In this document: positions 26,215 to 36,547 of the stretch, piece after piece | How positions within the stretch are numbered: the first letter of the stretch is position 1 | Layout of the letters: the number at the start of each line of letters is the position of its first letter | Assembly (NCBI GenBank): GCA_017654855.1 | Contig: CM030336.1 | Span: 1,364,001 to 1,428,000, forward strand | Direction: 5' to 3' | From: Podospora anserina | Lineage: Eukaryota | DNA length: 64,000 nt | Made by a program: the position numbers and the translations under genes | Notes under the pieces: model-generated | The model's database searches: none | Seen by the model: only the letters and a program-made list of their open reading frames with translations | Told to the model about the DNA's origin: nothing

Positions 26215-26790
26215 CTACATATCTAGGTGCCTACCTAATGCTGGATCTTTCCCAGTGTACAAGTTCCCTCTTATCTTCCAGCTCCACCACCGTCTAAACG
26301 GCCCGGCAACGTAATCTCTCAAGCAGAAGTCGCGGTTGGTCGACATATCCGAGCGTGACTTGACAGTGTACCCATAGATCTTCCCCGTGAAGTCTGGCTG
26401 CACATAAGCCACCACATCCCGGACACGTACTGTGGTGAGCATGTCAAAGCCGTGGATTTGGAACAGTTCCTGCTCCGCCTTGCGATATTGCCGGATTTCA
26501 CCGGTTCAATCCTGACCGTGGAGCGACCAGGTTCTTTTCCACTTGTTTCTGGTGTCAACCTCGAGAGCGAGCCGATCAACGTTATCTGTTCCGGTTTCGT
26601 AGATTGCTGACGTGTTGAGAACAATATTGTAGTCTGCAAAGCTGAAACCTCTCTGGAGGGTGGTGGCGAAGTCAGGGGTGCGGAGGATGATGAAGCCGAG
26701 GTTGTCTCTGGAGGCTGCGTGGTTTTGTGTAATCGGAAGACGCAGACGGCGGGGGTTGGTAATGCGGGAGTGGTCGGGTAGAAAGGGCAT
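26215..26790 (-). pseudogene. Unknown-family paralogue 3 (single internal TGA)
   Basis: ORFs 26506-26790 and 26215-26442 share a frame and are separated by one TGA (26508-26506): RLRLPITQN..DNLGFIILRTPDF..LQRGF..SAIYETG...VVAYVQPDFTGKIYGY...FCLRDYVAGPFRRWWSWKIRGNLY. Confidence 0.65.
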
Positions 26791-27330
26791 AGACGTTCAT
26801 TTCCTGTCTGGACAGACAATCACGAATAGTGTTTTACAAATTTCTAGAAGGGTATGGTTGAGACCTCGTTCCTTTAACGGATTCCTGCGGTGTTGCCTAA
26901 AACGTAAAAGATCCGTAGGATTAGGTTGGTGGATAGAAGAGGGAACAATAGACTTCATTCTTCATTGTCGCCTATACAATGACCTTGACAGTAGTTGTCT
27001 CCGATGACTACGGGAATAGGTGACAAGCATGATACTAGCGTCATCTTTTGGCTCAGACTTGCAAACATGTGGCCTTCTGCCTCATTCAATCCAAGCTGAT
27101 ATAGAATATAGTCCAAGCCTTCTCTATCCATTACATTATCTGAAGCTTAGACTATCTCTACTCAAAGCTGAGAGTACCGAGGATAGCAGGCTCTGAATAT
27201 TTCTTACTCACTAATACCTAAGGTAAATAGATGCATATTATAACCAATAAATATAGTCTTCCGCCTAATTCTTATCCAAGCGTGTGTAGAGCAAAGTCCA
27301 GGCCTCTTCGATTCATCTAACTAACACATA

Positions 27331-27470
27331 AAGCTTAGACTATGTCTATCTGAAGCTTAGAGTATGTCTATCTAGAGCTTAGACTATCTCTACTTAAAGC
27401 TTAGACCATCTCTATCCAAACTCTAGATTACCTCTATTTAAAGCCTAGACTATCTCTATCTAAAGCTGAG
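27331..27470. repeat. 22-bp minisatellite, about 6.4 copies (consensus AAGCTTAGACTATCTCTATCTA)
   Basis: Units start at 27331, 27353, 27375, 27397, 27419, 27441 and 27463 (partial). A further copy lies at 27143. Confidence 0.85.
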
Positions 27471-28030
27471 ATTGTTAAGGGGCAAATGCTCAGACTCCTT
27501 CCTGTTCACTTACACTTGGCTACCTATGTTAAATGCATGTAAGTCATAACCGTCTATTTTCGTCCATTTTGTAGACAGGTGCATGATTTCATTGAGGGTC
27601 ATCAAGCCAAAGTGAAAGTTAGACCTCACATCATTAATCGTTCACTCAACTGCTAGCCTACCTCGAACAATCAGATGCCACGGGGACCGCTGCTCCGATA
27701 TCTCCTTTAGATCCCACTTTTCGAGCCAACCGTTCTTGGCCCAAAGCTCGTAAATCGAATAAATAAAGTAAATCACCAGGTTCTACAGCCCCAACTTGAA
27801 GCGATATAAAGTGCTGCTGACGGTGTGCGTCACAGTGGAGGATTCGAGATGCATCAGCAATATAAATTCCCCGCAAATCGACTTCCCGTCCCGAAAAATA
27901 TCATTTCCATCGTGGCTGAGTCTTTACTGTTCCCAGGGAAAAACTGTCGATATAAAACCATACCCCATCACCTCCTTTTCTGACCGTTAGTACGCTCACC
28001 CCATGATAACCCTCCCCTTCCACACCCACA

Positions 28031-29626
28031 ATGCCTCTCCTCTCCATCTTCCTCCTCCCCCTCCTCCTCCCTTCATCCCTCGCCCAAAAGAAAGGCAACC
28101 TCAGCCTCGAAACCCACCCCCCCTTCCAATGGGCACAATGCACCTCCCCTACCAACTGCACAACAATCAACTCATCCCTCGTCCTCGACGCCAACTGGCG
28201 CTGGGTCCACGACGACAAGTATCGCAACTGCGCGGAGCAAAACCCAGACGGCACCCAGTGGTGGAACCCCGCCGTTTGCGACCTAGGTGATGAAAGTCCG
28301 GCATCAACTAACAATTGCACCTCAAAGTGCCTTCTCGAAGGAGCCGGGGACTATCGTTGGAGCTATGGCATCACTACCACCAACGCCACCCTGATGCAGA
28401 AGCTGGTGACGAGGATCGAGTTCGCTACCAATTATGGTTCAAGGCTTTTCTTGCTGGAGAAGATGGATAGATACCAGACTTTTGTGCTGTTGGGGAATGA
28501 GCTTAGTTTTGAGGTGGATTTGTCGACTGTTGGGTGTGGGGTTAATGCTGCGTTGGGGTTTGTGGCTATGGATGCTGATGGGGGGGTGGAGAGGCATAAG
28601 CCGTGGAATGAGGCTGGGGCGGAGTATGGGACTGGGTATTGTGACGGCTGGTGTCAGGATAGGCAGAGATTTGTTGGGGGGAGGGCCGCGACGAATAAAC
28701 AGGGGGCGCGGGGGTACCAGTGGCAGAGTGATGGGGCTTGTTGTCCCGAGTTTGCGGTTTGGTGAGCTGTTGAGATGTCTTGAGAGTGGATAAGGCTGAT
28801 GACGTTGCAGGAACTCGAACGCTCATTCATACTCGATGTCTTCGCATATTTGTGAGAATGATGATTATGAACCATGCCCTGGACCTTGGTGCGACCCGAC
28901 ATATTATGATCCTGACGAGAGGGGCGTTCCACCAAAGTGTGCCAGGAAAGGGTGCGAGTACAACCCGTATAGGATGGGGGCGAAGGAATTTTATGGGAAG
29001 GGGAAGCTGGTCGATACCACAAGGAAATTCACGTGAGTGTTATGCTTCAGACCCGCGCTATGTCTTGCTGACAAGGCCTCAGTGTTGTGACTCGTTGGGA
29101 AGAAGACCGTCAGTATCAGTTCTTTATCCAAGATGGGAAAAGGATTGATGTCCCAGCTCCAACGTGGGATGGGCTCCCAAAGCAAAGCGGCTTAAGTAAG
29201 GAAATGTGTGATGTACAGGCCAACGTCTTTATGGAGCAAGACATCTGGGCGGTGCATAATGGCTGGCCGACACACCAAAGGCAGGTGTTGAGCCGGCCCA
29301 TGGTGTTGGTGACATCGATTGATGCGGCTGATGTGAGTGTATATTCTGGTGCTGTGAGATGTTTTGCCGCTAATAATCTGGTGGAAGTGGTATACGTGGA
29401 ACACCTGGCTTGACTCATCCAAGATACCCCCTTATGATGACCGGGATCCTGGTGTTGAGCGTGGACCCTGTCCATGGGAGGATAATGAACCCTTGATTGC
29501 TCGAGCAAGCAATGGTCAAGCGTAAGTCTCATTTGTGAATGGTGAAGAAAGAATCTGACATGATACAGAAAGGTTGTGTGGTCCAACATCAGATTTGGGC
29601 CTATTGGGTCAACAGTTGAATTTTGA
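28031..29626 (+). CDS. Secreted glycoside hydrolase family 7 protein with a non-canonical catalytic motif; no CBM1
   Basis: Signal peptide, ETHP, VLDANWRWVH, GNELSFEVDLSTVGCGVNAAL.FVAMDADGG, AGAEYGTGYCD, GCEYNPYRMG, VDTTRKFT and WSNIRFGPIGST. First intron 28762-28810, with further introns near 29033, 29333 and 29522. TATAAAA at 27951. Confidence 0.92.
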
Positions 29627-31523
29627 GGCAACATTATCTACATTTATTTCAGCTTAGTGGTCTTGAAAGCTGTGTACCTTAGAAATCGTTAGTAATGTAT
29701 CCCCAAAATATAAGATAATAAATTGATAACCTCAAGTGACTTCTGAAATTCCTTGAAGCACAAATTTATACGTGCACTTTATCATGTAGATCGTCAGCGG
29801 TGGCTGGCATCAGCGTGCAAAGTGTGATGGGTTTGCCAAAATGCCATGTTATACGTGTATTTTAGAAGACTTTGCTAGTGCCAACCATCCTTTTCAGCAT
29901 ACCTTATATCCTGTCATACTTGATGAAAAAAGGTACCTATTGCCAGCCGTCCTGAATCTTCCACGTTTGCACCATTTTTGCTAACACCTGCAGCACAATG
30001 GCAAGCCATGCACCACCTGCACTGCACAGTGGATGTGTGATGAGGCTATTCAGAGTTTCTTCCACTGGCACAAGGATAGACAACAATAAGTTAGAGCAGG
30101 CGAAATGTTTTCTTCCACGGCCTAGCATTGGACAGCCAGCACTATCTACCTATCAACACCGTCATGGCACCGCCTGGCAGCCCCGTCTGCCACCCTGCCG
30201 CTCCGTTATGCACGAAGAAGAGATGAAAAGAAAGAGAATAAGCCAATAACCGGATTCTGGTGCCCACAGAGTTCTAAGAATTTCCCGGAAAACATTTTGA
30301 GAACCTGGCCACTTCGCCCAAAAATAAGGAATGCCTGTAAAGCCACGAAGGGCATAAGTGATCCCCAAGTTGGTCAAACAATAGTAAAGATATACGCGAG
30401 AAGTTCTAGCCCCTATAGGTAATACCTAATGTTATTATCCGCTTATAGAAATCTCCGGGTCACGGAACGTATATAGGATCTCACGATAACCTATAGCGCC
30501 GCCGTCCCTGGCGGAACGTCACCTAGGACACAATAGCCGCTGACTACTCAACCCGAAATGTGCTGCCAAGATGATTACATGTATTCCCCCACGTCGGTGC
30601 GAATGACAGATGCTAAGTAGGGGATTTGCCTGTGCACTAAGAACCTCCTATGATTCCGATCGCCAGGGCCTTCCTTCACAATCTAGCGGGATTCGTTTTG
30701 TTAGTGAAAACAGGCAAACCAGCCAAAACACCTCCTTTACGCTAACAAAACGAACCCTGGCATATTGTAGCTAATACCGAACAAGAAACGCGTAAGAGTT
30801 TCGCCTTACACATCCTATTTTACTGTAGGATTTAGCGGCTTAGCAGTATCACTGACCCCTCAAAAGATGGAATTCACTAGAGCCAATAATAGCGCTTTTA
30901 CGTCCGCCAGAATAAGGACAAAGCTCTGGTCCATACAGATCAAGCCGGCCGCAGCGGAAAAATTGCTCCGAGGACAGCTGGCACGGATACGTTGGAACAG
31001 ATACTATGTCCCGAACATGCCGGAACAACGTCTCGTATTCTAGAGCGCGCGGCCTGGGGTAGCACCGAGACGCCCACGCCCATCTAGTCCGGCATCTCAC
31101 CTAGCTGCAAAGCATTCCACCACCTCCAGACCTCAAGAACTCTTGGGCAGGGTACAAGCATCCGTCCGCCTTAGGATTCATTGGGTAGGAAGTCTTACGA
31201 CCGAGGTCAGCCTGGAACGAAGCTGCATGCTTCTGCGTGCTTTTTGACAGCAATTATCGGGGAAAAGCCGCTCCAATAGCTCAAACCCACTTTGCCCATT
31301 TTGAGCCAGATTTGAATATGTTTTTCTTGGACCAGCTGAATGAATTGGTGTCTCGAGGGGAGCTTGCCAAGTTGCAGTGTGCCGAACGGTTAGCCATGCG
31401 GCGAGCAAGTGGATATAAGAGTTAGAATATCTCACCGAAGAGTGCAAGTCGCTCAACCTTCGGCTCTAACGGGCAAGTACTCCTTGAATCTCAGTTCCTA
31501 CCGGACAGCGGGCCCCTCTCACC

Positions 31524-33255
31524 ATGGCCCAAGTGAAAATGGCTCCCCAACACGCCCTCCGTGTAGGTTCCACGCCCGCTCCCGGTAGCCTGGATCGGGA
31601 TGAGGCATCTGACCTGGTGAATCGGCTGTGACAACGGTTTAGGCACTCATCACTTCAAAGATGACATCAAGCGCCTCGACGAAGAAAGCTCCAAGCAACG
31701 GACAGCCGCGACCTGAACGAGGATCGAAACTAGGATACAAGCGTGTGGTTGAAGTGTAAGTACCAACGTAATAACTACAAACCGAAACCTTACCGCGTGA
31801 TAGTTGGGACGATGAAGCGCGTAAGTATAAGATTACCGAATCGTTAGACTCAGAATCTAGCGAACTGGACTAATACGTATTTGTTGTCCGGGACAGAATC
31901 GGTAAGTTTCTCCCATGCTTTTCTATAGCTACTAACCAGCATTCCAGAGAGGAACACCCTGGAAATAACCTCTTTTATCGACATCAAGTCCCCATTCCTA
32001 CGAGATATCCTGCGTGATGTCTGGAGAGATATGCGTTGTGTCTCCCTGGCTGATGCTACCCCTTCGGTATGGCTTACATTCACACTTTGAAACTTTTGTT
32101 CTAACTCAGACTGGTTGAACGTCACATTCTCTTCCATATCCGTGAGGAGCTGGAGTGGCGCTACAAACATCTCGCAGACAATCCCCAGGCCGCTGAAGCC
32201 CTTAGGGTCTTGCTGGAATACGTCAAGACTACCAACGGCCCGATCCAGCAGCACCTTGACGAGCTTCTCGAGAGAAAGGAGATTACCTATGACCTGCTGT
32301 GGGCCCTTTTCCGACCGAACACAGGCTTATGCTACCTGCCGTGGCACTGGTGCACCGAGATGCGTCATTTACAATCACTGCGAGGAGATGAAGAGACGAG
32401 CCGGTTCGAGATATCTCCACGTTAGTACCCGTTTCCTGAACAGTGATGGAAGGGTACTTGGGGAAACCACCGTGTGTATCGAAATTGACATCTTCCGGGG
32501 GGCTAAGCGGATCGAGCTTCTCTCGGTATATCCTCTCGAGTACCACCCCGAACCAGACACAACCAGGAGACAGCTTATTGAATGCGGCCGCAAGTACGTC
32601 TCCTTGATGGGTATCCATCATCGGCAGTATGACAGCACGGTATTCTACATTGATGATGAAGGCGAAATCGTCCGTTGGTATATTTAGGGTAGGATCATAG
32701 TGGATGCCATCTGTTTCCAGGAGAACAAACCCAACTATCCCTGTCCGCGAGTTCAAAAAGTGCGACCAAAGTACTCGTTTTGAGGCAGGGCGCCATGATC
32801 AAGCTTGAAAACCTTGATCCGGATCAGCTGACGGAGAATGAGTCTCTCATCTGCGCTCCAACTGTCTTAGATTTTTACTTAAAGACCAAGATATTCCGTT
32901 CGTTCCCCTTCCCAAGGTGATGGAAATCTGCTAGTATGTCGCAGTTGATCTCGCCGTCACTAATATTAGCAGTGTTGAGTGGAGCGAAGCTTACTTTGAT
33001 AACGTGAAGATCCCCGAGGCGCAAAAGCTGCCGATTCGGGCTCTGACGGAGACATACCAGAAACGGGCGCCTGAGGACGGCTTTAAGGATTTCGTACAAG
33101 GGGAAGGCCGCGGAATCAACTTCCTACTTCAGTTTGTAGTCTTAACCCTCTTGGAAGAGCTATTTCTAATAAGTAACAATAGTGGACCTCCAGGTGTTGC
33201 GAAGACACTGACCGCAGAGGTGTTGGCAGAGTCCTCTCGAATTCCATTCTATATT
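31524..33255 (+). pseudogene. Fungal AAA+ ATPase pseudogene, truncated at the transposon
   Basis: ITYDLLWALFRPN, FRGAKRI..L.VYPLEYH, GR.IVD, GEGRGINFLL and Walker A GPPGVAKTLTAE. Multiple stops and frameshifts. The sequence stops in an intron at the TA where the Fot1-like element begins. The 5' end is approximate. Confidence 0.85.
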
Positions 33256-33272
33256 GTAAGTATCTCCGTATA

Positions 33273-35842
33273 ACGTGTATGATAAGCGAGCCGAACAGAC
33301 AAGCGAGCCGAACACTTTCCACCACCCCACTACAACTATCTTCAATTATACAACCACAATACTAGGAAACCACAATAATTGAACCAGAAACAGATGAATC
33401 AGATGATTCTGCAGCCTCCTCGTAGGTGCGTATATTATGGCCTAGCTTACCGCATACGCTATAGCACTGAATCTTCGGACGAGACCCCCTTATACCACCA
33501 CTACTTTATTAATCTTCCTGGATTACCTACTTACCTATAGCCTTCTGATCTAATAGATCCTGTGCCTCTTATATAGTAAATAACCCTCTAAGCCGCACAC
33601 GTGTTTTTTTAGTTTTCCGGCGCTTACTTAATGCCTCGTTAGCTTTACGGAGTATAATATTCTCTATACGAAGGAGAGCTACCTAATATATTATAATTAT
33701 TATACTTTTAGTAAGTTAGTTTATAGTAATTAATATTAAAGTCGGAAAATTATTTTAATAATTAATAATACGAATCTTAATGAACGTTAATTATAAGTTA
33801 GCTTTTTAAGGGTTATATAGTATTTAAAAGACTTAAAGTTATATAATACCGGGCCGTAAATTTAAAAGTATTAATATACGAAACTTTATATTTAATTTAA
33901 AAAATATTTTCTTTAAATCGTACGATATAAAACTAATATCTGTAAAACTATTTTATATATATATTTTTTTTATTATAAAAGCGAAAAGAGTTTTATAAAA
34001 AGTATAAAGGAATTCGAACTTATTTATATAATTAATATATATATATATTAAATCCTTAATTTAATAACCGTATATTTATTTTAGTAATTTAAAATAATTA
34101 ATATTATATAATTAAAGGAAGTAAAAGGAGTATAAAAGTATATAAAATATAATAATATTATTTTATTAATTATAATATATAAATTCGGTTAAGTAATAAT
34201 TTTTATAATTATCGAAAATTAATAATTTATATTTATTTTTTATATAGAATATTATATAATAATTAAAATATTTAATTTGATTTAAGTTTATTATATTAAT
34301 AATTTAATTATTATTAATAATTATAATATATTAAATAAATAATAAATTATATTTAATATATTAATTAATAAAATAATATTATATAATTAAAATAAAAAAA
34401 AAATAATTTAATCGAGAATATTAATTCCCTATATTACTATTTCTTATTCGCGGTTATTAAACTAAATTAATTTCGCTTTTATTATAATTATTAAAAATTA
34501 TAATTATTATATCCGTAAAAATAATATTTATTATAAATTTAATTTTATTAAAATTATAAATATTATTATTTATAATACTATATTTAACTTTAATATTTTA
34601 TGTTAAAATGCAGCATTTATTCATGGATTTTACAGCACTTGTTTATGGAATTCTGCGCCCACATTGCTCCCAACAGCTCCCCCACTCGCGTTCCCAACGG
34701 CTCGCCCACAGCGGCTCGCCCTCAAGCTCTCAACGGCTCGCCCATAGAGGCTCGAGCGCTTTCAAGCTCCCAGGATTCCTCACCGGACCTCCGAGCAACA
34801 AGACCGTGGCATAAGAAGCCTCATAAGCAATACAAGTATCTTATCGGCCACGAGATTAAGCTACGAGAAGCTTTATAAGTAATACAAGCGTTTTATTAAC
34901 AAGCTTATTACTTTATAACTTTACCGAACCAGAAATCTAAGCTACTAGGGTTACCGAGTAATACGGAGCGATAAGGATAATAAAGAAGTTTAGGTGCTTA
35001 TAAAGAGCTCTCTTCTAATCGCAATAGTTTTCCTACTTCTTCCTTTCTTTAAAAAAACAATAAGTTAAGTTAATTAAATAGATTAATTATTTATAGTACT
35101 TTATATAAAACTATAATATTTTAATATACTTTTCTTTATATTTATAGGAAGTTCTTATTATACTTTTTTCCTTCGATAACCACGTTATCGTATTTAATAG
35201 TATAGTCTGAGACTCGCTAAGACCTTAGGTAATTGCTTCCCCTTCCTGAGACCTCTGTGGTATAGAGCTTTTAACGACCTTATTCCAATAGGTTATTTTA
35301 ACATTTTATATAAAAATAAATTATTCGCTAATAACCTTTAAATCCTTATATTTAACCCTTTAATAATTATATTTATACGTAAAACGTATCTGAAGTTCTA
35401 ATTAACGTTTAAAAAAATTATAAATTTATTATATATTAATAGGAAGCGCGTTGTATTTATATAGTAATTAATTAGTTATATCTTTTATATACGAAAGCCG
35501 AGGATAAAATACGTATATATATAACTTAATAATATATTAAATAATTATTTTCTTTTTTAAATCGGTAAGTTTACGTAAGTTAATTAGTATATTACGTTAT
35601 ATAAGCCAACTAACGCGTCGGTTATAGAGAGTTATAATTAGTACGTTATAAAGCTTAGTTACGCGTTAAAGACTAAGATTTAGGTCGTTTTTAATAGTTT
35701 CGAGGGCTAAAATAATTCGAGATTCGGTTAGAAGTAAATTTATAGCGAATTAGTAGTAAAGTTAATAAAAGAAGTCGGAGGGTTGCGCTGCGTTGAAAAG
35801 TGTTCGGCTCGCTTATCTGTTCGGCTCGCTTATCACGCACGT
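33273..35842 (-). mobile_element. RIP-inactivated Fot1/pogo-like (Tc1/mariner superfamily) DNA transposon
   Basis: About 46-bp TIRs: ACGTGTATGATAAGCGAGCCGAACAGACAAGCGAGCCGAACACTTT (33273-33318) and its inverse ending at 35842, each flanked by TA. Minus-strand transposase relics: ESRIILALE..(HTH), IYNFNK (YNFDE), ILLYSFYFL*LYNINYF (MPPHSSHLLQPLDVGCF), LRKANEALSKRR and the zinc knuckle CYSVCGKLGHN. About 1.86 kb without the nested insert. Confidence 0.93.
34601..35303. mobile_element. Solo LTR (703 bp) nested in the Fot1-like transposase
   Basis: Begins TGTTAAAAT and ends ATTTTAACA (TG..CA with 9-bp inverted termini). Flanked by a 5-bp TSD TTTTA (34596-34600 and 35304-35308). The transposase relic resumes on both sides. 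Confidence 0.85.
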
Positions 35843-36163
35843 TACCCTGCAATTGTGTAATAGATTATGAAAGTTATACTATATTATATGACGTAGTTTA
35901 CACTGGAGATTATGCTGTATTTGCTTTTATTTATATAAACAGTTATTTTGTCTATACTAGGTATTATGCTACTTAGAGAGTTAATTATACATTTTAAGGT
36001 TCACACACTTAGTTTATTAGAAGTATGTTATGTCTCTTATCATTAACACACACACTTTCTAAGCACCTATAAATATCTCGAATCTTTAAAGCTACTTTTA
36101 TATACCTAATCTTCTTTACTACCGCCTTTAAACTACTTATCTAAGCATTTTAAAGTACCAGTC

Positions 36164-36547
36164 TGTGACGAACCCCTGTACAGAACCTCTGAAAGGGATA
36201 CTAGTTGAAGGTAATTTCTAATAATTAGTTCGGTGCAGTTAAATAGTATATAATAAAATATTTTAATATAAATACTAAATACCGTAAATATAAATTTAAA
36301 TTATATATTATAGAACTATTTGTTTATATTAGTTAGTTCCTCCGTATATATAGACCTTATATTAAGCCTAATACTATTTTAGATCGATTAACTCGATTAT
36401 CGATCCTATCGATACTATCCCTTTTGGAATTAACTTTTTTAAATCGATCCTCGATCCTAATAATCTTACTCTAATTAATTTTCGCTCCTATATTAATAAT
36501 TAGTTCGTAGTATACCTCGCGCCTTACTAAAGTATTAAACTATAATA
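36164..36547 (-). repeat. 3' LTR of the Gypsy element
   Basis: Direct repeat of 42959-43342, differing mainly by transitions. Confidence 0.93.

Noticed and set aside
26506-26508. Internal stop of paralogue 3 as an editing or readthrough site
   Set aside because: It is TGA rather than the UAG typically recoded to Trp, and both sister paralogues are also decayed, so a nonsense mutation is simpler.
27331-27470. Possible CRISPR-like array
   Set aside because: Units are head-to-tail with no unique spacers, there are no cas genes, and the context is eukaryotic.
30692-30764. 13-bp inverted repeat TTCGTTTTGTTAG / CTAACAAAACGAA
   Set aside because: Too short, with no TSD or second copy, to call a MITE.
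34600-34878. 92-aa ORF within the AT-rich island
   Set aside because: It lies in the un-mutated half of the solo LTR and has no protein features.
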